Positions 12,361 through 24,967 of a DNA stretch of 64,000 nt are shown piece by piece (the stretch's first letter is position 1; every line of letters starts with the position of its first letter). Source of the DNA: Rhodosorus marinus CCMP1338 (taxonomy: Eukaryota > Plantae > Rhodophyta); NCBI GenBank assembly GCA_029953675.1, contig JAMWBK010000008.1, positions 1,860,001-1,924,000 of the forward strand. Reading direction: 5' to 3'. Under the pieces are notes generated by a model, which ran no database searches, was not told where the DNA came from, and saw only the letters and a program-made list of their open reading frames with translations. Position numbers and translations under genes: made by a program.

Positions 12361-12830
12361 CCCAATCAAAATCTCCCATGTTAGTTCCCACAATATTGAA
12401 AGTGTTTAGAAAAATAAGGGGTCCTGGTCAGATATCCTTTTCAGCATTTGTTTTCCGTTTTTAATATTGTGTTTTGGAAATATTTATTACAAAAACCGTT
12501 AATGGGGGGTTTGTGAGCGTTTTTAGTGAACCTGTCAGATTAGTTTTGTTTGTTTTTTGAGGGTCTAGTGGAAAACTAACCACTCTCACCCAATAAACCC
12601 AATCAAAATCTCCCATGTTAGTTCCAACAATATTGAAAGCATTTAGAAAAATAGAGGGTCCAGGTCAGATATCCTTTTTGGCATTTGTTTTCTGTTCTTG
12701 ATATTGTGTTTTGGAAATATTTAAGGGACCATCCGTTTAGTGGGGGGTATGAACATTTTTAGTTAACTTTCTTGTATTAGTTTTTGTTTGTTTTTTGAGG
12801 GTTTAGTCGAAAACTAAACACTCTAACCCC
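12361..12830. repeat. Diverged tandem duplication of an about 235-bp AT-rich unit upstream of glutamine synthetase
   Basis: Copies 12361-12591 and 12598-12830 both start cccaatcaaaatctcccatgttagttcc and share ggtcagatatcctttt, atattgtgttttggaaatattta and ttttgtttgttttttgaggg..gaaaactaa.cactct.accc. Confidence 0.92.
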
Positions 12831-12973
12831 AACTGGGAGGAGAGTGAGAAAAATGTGGGGGGGGGGTGGTTTGGACGGGGCCAACGCGGAAGTAACATTG
12901 GTAGGTTGGTTGACATTGAATGTCAACGGGTTACCACAGATCGTGAATGGAAAGGGAGTTTCCCCCGATGAGG

Positions 12974-12981
12974 TATAAATA
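12974..12981 (+). promoter_or_regulatory. Putative TATA box of glutamine synthetase
   Basis: TATAAATA about 160 bp upstream of the ATG at 13133, followed by a G/A-rich leader like other genes here. Confidence 0.5.
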
Positions 12982-13132
12982 AGCTGAGCATGGGAGGAAA
13001 GAGCGAATGGAAGAGGAGGGGGGAGGGTTTGGTATCTCAGAGAGTTTTGGGCTGTAGGAAGACCTTGTTGAGCCGTCTCCTTGTTCTGTCTCTGTGTTAG
13101 TTGTTCTGTGTGATTTTGCGGCGAGCGGAAGG

Positions 13133-14392
13133 ATGTCTTTGAAAAAGCTAACGTTGCCGGATAATGTTTGTATTGCGGAGTACGTCTGGTTGGATGGGTT
13201 TTACAAGCTGAGATCCAAGGCGAGAACGCTTGACGAGGTCCCGACCTCTGCGGAAGATCTGCCGGAGTGGAACTACGATGGATCGTCCACTGGGCAGGCT
13301 CCGGGAACGGACTCTGAAGTCATCCTTAGACCCCAGGCGATCTATAAGGATCCATTCCGTGGTGCACCTCATATACTCGTCATGTGTGACACATACAACC
13401 CTCAGGGACTTCCTCTCGAGACAAACCAGAGGCACGACTGTGCTATCGTCATGCAAAAGGCCAAGGATCTCCTCCCGTGGTTCGGGTGTGAGCAGGAATA
13501 CTTCCTGATCGATAAGGCTACCGGCAGACCACTTGGATTCCCAGCGGAAGGGTACCCACTCCCTCAGGGTCCGTACTACTGCGGTGCTGGGGCCGGAAAG
13601 ATCTTTGGGCGCGATGTTGCGGAGGAGCACTACATTGCGTGTCTTTACGCTGGAATCAAGATGAGCGGAATCAATGCCGAGGTCGCTCCAGGCCAGTGGG
13701 AGTTCCAGATTGGTCCCGCTGTCGGCATGGAGGAAGGGGACATGATGTGGATGGCCAGGTATATCCTCGATCGAGTTACCGAGAACTACAACATGACAAT
13801 TTCCTACGACGCAAAGCCAGAGAAAGGTAAGCTTCGGCTCGAACAGATTCAACCTCAGGATTACGGACTTGGCATTGATCAATTTGGTCTGTTTCTGGCT
13901 TGCAGGGGACTGGAATGGATCCGGAGCCCACACCAACTTCTCAACTCAGCCAATGCGTGACGAGGGTGGCTACGAGGGTGCTATTATTCCCGCCCTTGAG
14001 CGCCTTGCCCTCAAGCACAAGGAGCACATTGCTGCATACGGCGAGGGCAATGAGCACAGGCTCACAGGGACGCACGAGACTTCTAGCATGGATAAGTATG
14101 TAGAGCTGACTTCCACTTTTAATGGGGGATCTGCCTTAAGTGTGGAGCGGAGACTGACCCAATTTTCTTGTGTCGATCTTTTCACCCGAATAGATTTAGC
14201 TATGCAAAGGCTGACCGTGGAGCGTCCGTCCGAATTCCGAACACCACTTATGCTAGTGGTAAGGGCTACTTTGAAGACCGCCGCCCGTCGGCATCGATGG
14301 ATCCGTACGTTGTTACAAAACTGCTGGTCAGCACCTGCTGCGATATCCCACTTCCGACAACCAAATTCTCTGAAACGCGGGCTGAACACTAG
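13133..14392 (+). CDS. GLN1: Glutamine synthetase type II, probably cytosolic; introns 13827-13905 and about 14096-14193
   Basis: [93 protein letters not shown]. No transit peptide. Confidence 0.97.
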
Positions 14393-14585
14393 GAGCTGTT
14401 CGGTTTGGTTTTTCCATTCTAGTGCTCCCTTGTTATATTTGAAAAAAGCAAAATGCTCATTTTTAAAGGAGACGTGTTGGCCGAGGTCACACATATACAG
14501 CCGTATTCGCATTCGAAGTCCAGTAGATTCTTTGCAACCTGCCTGGCCTAATTCCCCATCGGCCCTCCGGGCATCCTCTCCTTGA

Positions 14586-16360
14586 TCAAGAGATTGGCTT
14601 CGCCCTGTATCTCCATCTACTCACGATCGTCTCCACTGAATTCGCACTTAGGTGGGCAACTTTCAAGCTGCAGCTATCGAAGGGCGCGATACTCACCGAA
14701 CCGGTGCACAATACTTTGAGCACCTCTTCCTCCCCTGAGGAAGCTAGGTCATGGCAACGGCTCAAAACTGCTGTTTTGTGCAGCACACTGCACCCAATCT
14801 ATGCTAGCTGAATTGCGTATGATTTCTCAAAATTTCCGAACACTTCCATATGCGGGCTGGCGGATTCAGGAGAACTCTTTTATCTTTCTCCTACTATCAA
14901 CGCGGACAAAGCACCTGCGAGGGCTTGCTGGTTCCTATCTGAGGCCTGGTTTCGTGCGCTTTCCTCGTCCAGGACCTTGACTGCTCCGTCTAAGACACGT
15001 TTGCTCACATTTCCACCGGTTTTCGCTGCCAGTCGAATAGCAGTGAGAGGCTTTCCGAGCTCGGCTAGCGAAGTGGCTAGCATGTGCAGGGCGTCGACAT
15101 CTTCCGCCCAACGCGCGTTTCTACGCGCCATCTGGTCATAAGCTGATAGGACCCGTACATAGTCTTTTCGGCTGAACCTTTCAAGTCATGTACGTTATCG
15201 GAAAGGTGGCGTGCGGTCAGCAGAAAGCCGCGAATCTTTGAGGCCGGACGTTTGCTCCGGCAGAACACGATTGGTTTTCATTTGAGCGTTAGCGAATGGT
15301 TTGGGAAAACCGGGACGTTCGGAGCGCGAGCTTACCAGTGCCTTATCAAGATCCTGTAGCTTCCCTTGGTTGGCTTTTCGGCCACGTTTACCATTGTATT
15401 CATGACCTCCAGAAACGAGTCGTGCTCGCGCCTGCATGAGTGCATGTGCAGCAGGGCATTCATCATGTGGATGTTGACCTGGACTCGTTTGGACACCACT
15501 TTCTGGAAAACTTGTGTTGCTTGCTGATACTCTCCTGCTAGCGAGAGGGCCATGAGCACTCTAGAGTAGTCAAGCTCGCTAACTGCGGAGCGCTCGTCGA
15601 GAGCTTGAAAAAGTCTGGAACCAGCGCGAAACTCAGAGCGCGAAGAAGACAGGGGGCATGTCCCAAAGGAAAGGGAGAAGATGCTGCGCGTACCGTGTGC
15701 AATCCGGAGCACTTCCCGCTCTCGAATACGCGCTCAGCAAACAAGACCGAATGCGATTCCTGTCGGAACTGGGTAAGCGCTCAGAGTCCTGCTCGACTTG
15801 CTTGATGACTTCCAAGTCGCTGGCGAAGCCAATATTGCGAGCAATTGTGGAGAGCGACTGCACGTCCATCGCCACGGTGTCATCCGACCTGAATTCTCGA
15901 TATAGATCCATCCTGCTCCTGGGACTGAGGCCCTTTTTTTCCATGGCACACAGGAGGTGAGCATAGATTTTGCTAGTTCTTGGAACCTTCTCCTGTTTCA
16001 GTTGGTAAAGGATCCATGACAGCCTGCGGACGTCTGCCCTCATTGCCATCATTCGTAGAATCCGAGGCTGTTGGACAACGCGCTTTTAGCGGCTCACTTC
16101 AAGGAATTCGCGGCGGAAGCTTCTTCCATTCAAACCTCTGGTGACCTTGGGGCCTTGAAGGGGCCAGTGGTTTGCTCAAGATGCTTCCTAATAGTTTTCT
16201 CATCTTCCTGAATCAGTCTCTCTTGAATCTCTTGGAGTACATGAGCGCGGCAATCCCAGTCAATACATTCTGGCCTTGTGAGGGTGTTCCTTTGGCGAGT
16301 GTCACGACTACAGTTCCACCCAGCTATACGCCCAGGGAAGAACCTTTGAAGCTTGTCCAT
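14586..16360 (-). CDS. Pentatricopeptide-repeat (PPR)-like protein, multi-exon; ends approximate
   Basis: Helical repeats such as DYSRVLMALSLAGEYQQATQVFQKVVSKRVQVNIHMMNALLHMHSCRREHDSFLEVMNTM..KPTKGSYRILI and IYAHLLCAMEKKG..MDLYREFR. GT-AG signals link the ORF pieces (e.g. CACTG|gtaagc at about 15335). Confidence 0.7.
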
Positions 16361-17555
16361 AACCAGTTGAAGTTTGGGACGAAGAATCTAAGCTGATCAA
16401 TCTTAAGGTCCCTCCAGCAGACAGCCCTCTTTGACGCACTTCCACGACAACTTCTCTGAAAACTTTTCACTTTTCGCAGCGCGACCTAAAATACGTAAGC
16501 CGATCTCACCTAATTCAATTAAAATTCGTGGGCCATAATGTGCTGAACTGGAGTGGCCAACTTGACAGAGCCAAAGTCAAGTCTTCTGTCCGAGTTTGCT
16601 GCGCCGCTAGAACGTCACGATGAGTTAGTTCTCGATCCGAAGGTTCAGACAGCTGTCTCAGGATGCCACGAGTTTGAATTTGGATGATTTTGGAGGCAGC
16701 GCCCAGTTCGATGTTCGGCTGATTCATTTGGGAAGGTGGGCTTTGAGATCTTCTTGGAGCGTCGTGCCACACCAGCCATGGCTGTTTGCTCGGATATGAT
16801 CGCGAAGAAGAGAGGCGAGCTGGTGCAACCTTCACCTTCGCCGCCGACCGAACCGCGGTCTGCTAAAATGGGTGGGGGCGATCAGCATGACTCTCAGTTC
16901 GTACTAAAGGAATCACGTCAGAACGCAGTACCAAAGTATCATCATATTTAGACCTCGTGGATCTACCCCTGCAAGTTTCTTCCTCGGCTAAAACCTCCCA
17001 ATGAGGTGGTGCGCCATAGGCCGTCAGTCCCAATCCAACCCTCGGCTTGTGCCAGAACACTGTAATGACTGTGTTTCAATCCAATACCCAATTAATAGAT
17101 TGAATCAATCATTATTTTGTCGCCGTCCACGGTCGGCTCCGGTCGGCTGGCTTGCTTTCCGAACTTCTTTTGTTTTCAATAGAATTTCCGGTAATTTAGC
17201 CCGCTTGTGTTAACAAGCATAAACGAACATGAAATATCGTGTATAATAAGAGATATTCTTGTGTATAATGAAAATAAAAATGGGAGTTTTGACGTAATTG
17301 CGTTATGTATTAAGAGAGTGGATACGGCCGTCAGGTATGGGGACCGGACGGTCAGTGAAAAATGGATATTTTTTATTGGCCAACTGTTCGGGTTCCGTTG
17401 TTACCCGCGTCAATGTTAAGTTTCCATTTGACGGTTTTCAATGGGATAAGGTGGCGGACGGGGAGAGGGTTAGAGTCGGGGGAAGGACGGAAGTTTAGGT
17501 TTGGAAGATTTCTGGTGAGGATTGCACTGGATTAGGAAATTAGGAATCAGGAACT

Positions 17556-18993
17556 ATGGCGAAGAATAAGGAGAAGGAAGATAAGAAGGCTCTGGCCGAG
17601 GTGGAGAAGTCGTCCAAGTCATCTGTGAAGAAGGATTTGAAGAAGAAGAAAAAGAAGGATGTTGTTGATAACACCAAAGTTTCCAAGGACAAGAAAGATA
17701 AGACGGTGAAGAAGAAGGATAAGAAGGAGAAGAAGAAGGATAAGAAGGAGAAGAGGGATAAGAAGGAGCCCAAGGAGAAGAAGGATAAGAAGTCAAAGAA
17801 GGAGCAGAAGGCTGAGGAAGAACTGGCGAAGAGTAAGCTGGAAAAGGATGAGGACATGGAAAGTTCGGATGACGAGTCCGAAAAGTCTGAGGAAGTCATT
17901 GAGAAGTCAAAGCCTGGTGAGTCCCTCGGCATCAGAATCTCGACCTGTTTGTGCCAATGCTCTTAACGCCGGATAATGTTGTTGCCCGTTGTTTTCTCAG
18001 CTGTAGAAAAGAAGGATAAAGAGGACGCGGAAGATGAAAGTAGCTCTGAAGAGTCTGACGAGGAAATGAACGGAACGAAGGACGATAAGGAAGAGGATGA
18101 TGAGGATGATGCCGACGCCGAAGGAAGCGACGATGACGATGACGATGAGAAGTCGGAAGGCGACGATGAGGAGGAGGACGAAGATAAGATGAAGATTCAC
18201 ACTCCTGACAGCCACAAGAAACGCAAGTTTGACAACAACGAGGAGTCTACACCAGCGAAGAAAACAGACTTTGGAGACGGCGTCACAAAACTCTTTGTTG
18301 GCAATTTGCCGTTCAACGCCACCGAGGATGACCTTTACAACCAGTTCAGTACTTATGGAGAGGTCACCGATGTCTTCCTCCCCGTGCACAAGGACACCGG
18401 TAACAAGAGAGGTGAGCAAAGCTTTCTTTCTTCTTGTCAATCTCTGATTTTGACTTTTAGGAGTCCTCTTTCTGAACCTTAAAAACTGTTTGCATGCCCC
18501 TCCCGACCAGGATTTGGTTTTGTCACATTCTCGGATGCTGAGCATGCCAATAAAGCCTGTGAAATGGATGGCTCAGACTTGAATGGTCGTCAGATCAAGG
18601 TTAACCTGTCTCAGCCAAGAACTGAGGGAACAGGCGCATCCCCTCGAGGAGGTCGTGGTGGCGGTCGAGGTGGCTTTGGTGGTGGTGGCCGTGGTGGCTA
18701 TGGCGGTGGTCGAGGTGGCTTTGGTGATCGAGGCGGCCGGGGTGGAGGAAGAGGACGCGGTGGTGGTCGTGGAGGTAAGCTTTGTTTTTTCCTGCACAGT
18801 CAAGCATCTTGTCCTGGTTTTGTCTCTGATCCAGTGTGACAGGTTTTCGTTAACGTGGTTGTCGTGTGATTGCTAAATAGGATTCGGAGGCGGTAGAGGA
18901 GGACGAGGTGGAATCGGAGCTCCTCCGAGATACGTTGCCGAAGGATCGGACTCAAAGCCGCAGAATAGCAAGATCACATTTGGGGATGATTAA
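17556..18993 (+). CDS. Nucleolin/Nsr1-like protein: Lys-rich and acidic N-terminus, one RRM, RGG/GAR tail; 3 introns
   Basis: KDKK repeats, a D/E tract, KLFVGNLPFNATEDDL (RNP2), spliced KRGFGFVTF (RNP1), MDGSDLNGRQIKV and GGRGG repeats; ends KITFGDD*. Confidence 0.82.
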
Positions 18994-19129
18994 CTGTATC
19001 GAACCAGTTTCTGAAAAGAAAACACATGTTCACTATTGCTGATTTTACTCGAACTCGACTGGGAAACTACACAATTGTTGACTATTTAGTACCTCGGAGA
19101 CTGTTCTCTTTCTCGGACATGTACTGCTT

Positions 19130-20600
19130 CACCGAACAACCCGCTCTACTTTTCCTAATAAGTCTGATATTAAAGCCGTGAACGGCCAGGAGAGAACGGA
19201 ATCACTTCGGAGCTCGCGGAGCTCGCGGCGGATAGAGTACTGTCGCCGCGACCATCGATCAGTCACATCTTGGAGACCCAGTTTGAAATCTTATTCGAAG
19301 TCGTGGACTGACAAGAATCTCTTTCAGCTCATCAAGGCCCAACCTCTGCACGTTCTTAGAGACGACTTTGCGATTAGAGGGCGGCTGAGGATCGTTGGTT
19401 TCGCGGGCGTGGTCGGGTTATGAAATTTTGCTAGGACAGTATATACTCCTCAAGACCGAAGCGATCCGAAGGCATTCGTCAAACGAGTAGGACCGGAGGC
19501 TGCAGAAATCACTGCTTTGTAGCCGGAGATGTCCCTCGTCAGCATATTCAGACATCGAGTGATGAGTTGTTTGTCGACTCTGATTCACCTCCTAGTTCAG
19601 CCCTGATTGGCGGTCACGGTTTCAACGCTCTCAACATTGCCCTACAGTAGATCATGCTCAAAGAGGTCTGAAAAGGCGCAGGACCCTTGGGCTTCACTTT
19701 CAGCAAGGCCAGAGCTTGGTGTTTCCAACACGTCCACAAACCAGCTTGAATTGCTGTCTTCGTGAAGACACTTCCAGAAACGTTTTTTTGGTCCCTAGTA
19801 GCTTCACATCCCGGGTTCCGACCGTTAAGGAAGGAGGGAGAGAGATGTTCGATAGCTCTCGCTAGCCTCGTTTGCTCGACGGCATCACGTGGCTTGCTTT
19901 GGTTTGAATGAACGACATTTTGTGAGGACTACACACTCACAGAAAGCGTCTTTACCACCAATTCTTGGCGTCTCTTCCGAACGATGGTATAGATATTCTT
20001 TCTCTTTTGCTAGTCGTCAGTTTCCTCGGTTGTGAACAGGACAACGCCGTCTTCCTGTGCTACAGTGATAGACTCTTCAGGATCGGATCGATTAAGGTCG
20101 AGCAGGATAAAATTGACCTTCGATCGTTCGTTCGTAGTCAACAACTGGCGATGCTCTTGTAGGTGGTAGGACTTGCTGGACGCTCTCCCTCATGTTTCCT
20201 ACCAGAGCCAAAGCTACGATGCCGGGTCCTACTGAAGGTACACAACGTTCACGGCTTGATTGTGTTTGTGGGATAGCTTCTTTACCCGTTGACTCACACA
20301 GGATGGGTAGCCTTCCCGGTCCGAAAGCCTTTTGCGTACGTTCAGCATTTGGATTCATTCGATGTGCGAGCACATGCACTCCGATCAGGATTCAGGAGTC
20401 AGCTCAGGTACTACTAAAATGTCGTCTTCAGTAGGAGAAAGTCTTATCAATCGGATCTGTGCCATAGCCACTCGGCTTCGTCCAAGCAGAGTCGGAAGTA
20501 GCAGTGGGGTTGACTATGGCATGGTTGGCGTTGCCAACGCAGGGTTAATGCTCCTGCCTTCAAGGCTTTGACATCGGTTGGAATGTAGCGAGGCTTGTGA
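19130..20600 (-). CDS. Unidentified multi-exon gene (extent approximate)
   Basis: Protein-like fragments with flanking splice signals, e.g. last exon FKLGLQDVTDRWSRRQYSIRRELRELRSDSVLSWPFTALISDLLGKVERVVR*. No family recognised. Confidence 0.3.
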
Positions 20601-20762
20601 GAGAAGTGAACTGGCTGATGAGGTTGCTGAAGAGCCAAGATCGCTGCAGCTCTGTTTTTTTTTTGTGGGGCGGGGGGGAGGGCGGAGGGCGTTTAGGTTA
20701 GCGGGTGTATGGAGAGGCTACGCTGTTAGAGGGAGTTTGGTGACAGAAGAGGATTTAGGAGA

Positions 20763-22246
20763 ATGGCTCTGAGGAACGTATCAAAAATTTGGAAGCCTTC
20801 GAGTGCGGTAGTGATTTGCTTGGGTTTTGTTCTGGGTTTGGTAAGTTTGTGTATAGGATTAGGAGTCTATAGCTCGCTGAGTCGATGTGGAGGCGTGAAG
20901 GAGAAATGGAAAGGGGTGGAGAAGGCGTTGGCAGATTTGAGAAGAGCTGGGCGTCTGGAGAGTCTGGATTCCGCGAAGGTGACCGATGAGACCTATAGAA
21001 AGGCCTGGTATAAAAAGTACGATGAGATTTCATCAGTCGCCAGTGTTCTTAGGCATCGGTCTGACGACTTTCAGAGGTCAGCGGCTGGAACGTCCAATAT
21101 TGAAAGATGCGCTGTCACTCCCGAAGCAGCTACGTGGGAACATTCGTCAATGTCAAGAGTGGGTACAGATGGGGTGTTGTTCAGTATCTTCGCAGCGATT
21201 GGAACTCGAACGAGAATCGTACGTAGTTTAGTACTTATTCCAGTGGCTTCTTCTTGGAATCCTTAGCCTCGTTTGGAGATAAACTCTCACATTCGCTTTT
21301 TCACCTTTCTGGAAAGGCTGTGGAGGTGGATTCGGCTTCTGGACAGGGACTATACATGTCGCTAGCGTCATTGACTTCTTTCCTGAGTTGGGACGTGTAC
21401 ATGTATTTCCAGGCCTGGTCCGGCTATGCTTTAGGAAATGAGCTCCTCAACAACGCCGCGAGTACCTCGAGGAGGGCGCAATCCTTTTCTACGGCTCCGA
21501 AAGTTAACGTATCTGAAGTTGGCACCGCAACCAGCAACTTCAATGAGGTGCTGAAAGGCAGTTTGGTAGCAGGAGAGATTGACCTTTTGTGCTTATTCAC
21601 TGAGGCGAATGACTACAAGATATGGAAGAGGTGAGTTTCGATTCACTTCTTGTTGTTTTCCTTATTCTGGGATGGGCGAAAAGAAAATATTTCGCTGACT
21701 GAAGTCGTCTGGATTCATCTGCCCTCCAGCTTAGATGGAGTCGCACCTAGGGTTGTTTTGGTTACGTATCAAGAGTACTGGGGCCCTGATGTGGCGGTGA
21801 TTCGTTCTTCTTCTGGCAAACCGAGACCTGGCCACGATAGTCGAGATACGAAACGTCGGCGTCTCTTCATCGGGGCCAGCCTGCCGGCATTGATCAAGCT
21901 CGCCAACTCTAAAGGGTATCGACTCTTCTATTGCCTCTCCAATACCCCTATTGCCGTTTTCGTTTTGGACGATCCCACAACGCAGGTAGGGCAAAACTCC
22001 GGTTCCCAACTCCACTCCGCTGGGAGCCCAGGAAAATCTCACCATGTTCTTTATATACTCATTTTCACTGGCGCCCAAAAAAAACAAACACCAGATATTG
22101 AAAACACTTCCAGCAGCAGACTGCTTTCGGAAGAAAGCGCTCGATCCAGAATGGATGAAGGATATGGCTGCCCAGTGGGACGAAGCGCAAACTTTCGAAT
22201 GGATCGATCTCTAAAAGGACAGGCGTCACCAATTGAAAAAAGTTAG
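20763..22246 (+). CDS. Type II membrane protein with a degenerate FkbM-like (Rossmann) methyltransferase domain; multi-exon
   Basis: N-terminal TM VVICLGFVLGLVSLCIGLGVY, a stem, then EHSSMSRVGTDGVLFSIFAAIG, AVEVDS, NFNEVLK..GEIDLLCLFTEANDYKIWK, PRVVLVTYQEYWGP and FIGASLPALIKLANSKGYRLFYC. These parallel the YSQNGEDG / FDLLSIDIDGNDYWVW / PRVVVIEYN / GASLAAL..L...KGY pattern of that family. Confidence 0.6.
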
Positions 22247-22982
22247 TCGAGACAAAAAAAGAAAAAACCACCTCGTATTTTTGAAAATCATAACGGCTAA
22301 TTCCATCCCTTATTATTTCTTCTAAACATAATACTTTTTAATTTTTGAAATTCTCTTTACCTATCAGGAACACTACTAGAATCTGACCAACCTTAGGGGT
22401 AGAAATTGAACCATGATCAATTTTCTTCAATACTACCCTACCCCCAAGAAGGCACAACTAAAGTCAAATATGGTTTTTATATAACCCCATGAATTGTAAT
22501 ATTAAAAACTATAATATAAAAATATAGTACAATTATAAAGTATTTAATATAATTTTGTTGTTAGAATCAGGGGTTGCTTGAGCCCACAATAAAAAGGATT
22601 ATGAGAAGTTTGTTATCCTGGTAGAGGTGTTTTAGAAAAGAAACGGGTATTTTGCTTGTTTTGTACCCCCTCCTCCCTGAATCTCTTCGTCTTCGATTGC
22701 TTGGAGTGTTTCCGAAATGGAGAAGGGGATAAGTGTTTGGAGCGAGCGCGTATTGGGTGGCGACTAGCTAGCTGGGGATATTGTGATTAGACTGAGGGTG
22801 GTGTTTTCTCTGGTTTTGTCAAAACTTTATTGGCGTTACAATTTTGTTTTGGTTTGAAGAAGTATCGAGCGGAGATTCGTATGAATTCTGGTTGTTGATA
22901 AGGTTTTGAGAAGGGGCGGGGGAACGGATGGGGGATCGATCGTAGTTTGGGAGTGTGCGGAGTGTGCGTGAGGAGAGCGGTG

Positions 22983-22984
<2 letters not shown>

Positions 22985-23014
<30 letters not shown>
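22985..23014. repeat. (GT)15 microsatellite 15 bp upstream of the Rho GTPase ATG
   Basis: Direct read of the sequence. Confidence 0.97.
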
Positions 23015-23017
<3 letters not shown>

Positions 23018-23029
23018 GGTTGTAGCAGA

Positions 23030-23809
23030 ATGGGAGAGGATTCTGGGAGCATCAAGATTGTCGTGATCGGGGATGGATCTGTGGGGAAGACGTGCATGCT
23101 GATATCCTACGCGAAGAACAGATTCCCGCTGGATTATGTGCCAACCGTTTTTGATACGTACTCTGCGGTTGTGCATGTAGATGACACGCCCAGGAGGATT
23201 GAGTTGTGGGACACTGCGGGACAGGATGACTACTCCAGGCTTCGTGCGCTGTCCTTCTTTGGAACGGTAAGTTCAACATGGTAGAGCGTCTCTGGAGGAG
23301 GAAACGTACTCAGGTAGAGTTCGTTATTTTATCTCCTTGGATAGCATATCTCCATTCTGTGTTTTTCCCTCATCGCTCCCGCGTCGTTCAGCAATATTGA
23401 GTTCAAATGGAGGGAAGAAATCCTTCTTCGAGCACCTGGAATCCCAGTGATTCTCGTAGGAACCAAACTGGACCTTCGAGACGACCCAGTTCAAGTGGAG
23501 AAGCTGAAGCAGAGGGTAAGAAATATTGAGATTATAAACTCCTCCTGGCATGAGCATCGAAATCACAAACGATCTGGCTGACCACTGAATATGATACGTT
23601 CGGCGACGACACAGAATCAGACGGCAATCACCACAAAGCAAGGTATCGACCTCGCTCGCCAGATTGGCGCAGTCAAGTACATGGAGTGCTCAGCGCTAAC
23701 TCAGCAAGGGCTCAAGGATGTGTTCGATGAAACTATTAGAGCAGCAATCAAGAGGGAACAAATGAAACAGAGGGAAATGCAGAGATCGGGTTGCTGCATA
23801 GTATCATAA
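23030..23809 (+). CDS. Rho-family small GTPase (Rac/ROP-like); 2 introns
   Basis: [38 protein letters not shown], spliced [53 protein letters not shown]; C-terminal CCIVS. Confidence 0.95.
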
Positions 23810-24967
23810 ACAAACAACCTATGCAACTGTCCTTAATGACCTCCGCAAATATCTGGACATGATGTTTGTAAATCAGAATCTACAGGGTGAGAAGGGAACG
23901 AGTTAATAATCGAGGATATAGGCGGAGGTCAATACTGCGAATGGGGCACGAGACCACGTCATCACACCTGTTAGTGGCATCAGTCCTTAGTGCGACTTGT
24001 ACACTCCTAGCGCTTTGGTAAAAGAGAAATCGGTTTCGTCCTCTGAGCTTTGGTATCAAGTTTTGCTCTCAGGCTTCTCACACGTCGCACTGCTTGAAGA
24101 TGTCCAGGCTTTCAGGTTTCGCGGAGCGATTGCCCGATTTGGTCAGTTTTGAAATAAAGCTTGGAAGAGCTGTGAGAAGTACTCCAGTCTGCAGGGGAGC
24201 TCTTATCGTGCATCGATCCTCTGAGCCTGCCTGGGCTGAAGGACACATTCATTGAAGTCAAATTCTTTTGTTTGGAGCTTATACTGAAACAAGCTTGTAG
24301 ACTCGTGTTAACTTGTCAACCTGGAGGCTCCACTGGTCCTTGGAAATCTATCTTGTTTGTGTTGCAAGGACTCAGGAGATTGATACTAAAATAACAGCAT
24401 CATCTCTGTTAATGTATCCCCTACCTCAAAAGAATCGAGTTCCGAGAGGCAGCTCATCACCGTTCGAGAACAGAATTTGTTCTTGCAAGATGACCGCTCT
24501 CTGCAGTTTGACACTGGAGCGGGGGGAAAAACATAGGTTCCCAACAATTACGGGAAAGGTGGGGTTGGGCTAATCGTGCAAAGGCCTAGTTCTTGAGCAA
24601 TAAGGCTGCGCCTGGGTCACGCTATCCAATTCGATCTTGCACTTGTCCCATTTATCAACGTCCCAAAGAACTTCATGTTTCGTTCACAATCTCGGTTGCA
24701 CTGCATCCACTCCACGGTACTCGGAGCAAAACGGCGAAAGCCCTGTTTCTCATGCAGTCGTGAATCACAACGCGAGCCTGGGAATCGGGTCCCTCTTTCC
24801 AAAGTTAGAGAGGCAAGCAACCGCTTATCAGGCGTCCCCGAGTCTCCTGGTTCCTAGTGCTTCCTCACAAGGCGCCTAGCTTGCGTTAGTAAAAGATACA
24901 AAAGTTACTCATCAGGGCGCTCATCAGCGGTGGGGTATTTCACTGGAGTCTAAATTGGCAACAGCAG

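Noticed and set aside
11949-12464. 171-codon ORF in an AT-rich tract
   Set aside because: Composition matches intergenic DNA and it runs into the tandem duplication; probably spurious.
13148-13936. Long antisense ORFs over GS, DUF4139, SUN, SNF1 and ABCG
   Set aside because: Typical shadow frames of GC-balanced coding sequence.
16068-16097. Apparent 30-nt micro-intron in the PPR gene
   Set aside because: A donor at about 16135 gives an ordinary 68-nt intron that joins the frames without an extra event.
17120-17495. Scattered CCGTCC/GGACGG motifs upstream of the nucleolin-like gene
   Set aside because: No defined TIR or TSD; could be promoter motifs or chance.
22396-22442. Small imperfect palindrome (TAGGGGTAGAAATTGA...TCAATTT...CTACCCTA)
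   Set aside because: Short and interrupted within AT-rich DNA; no further support.
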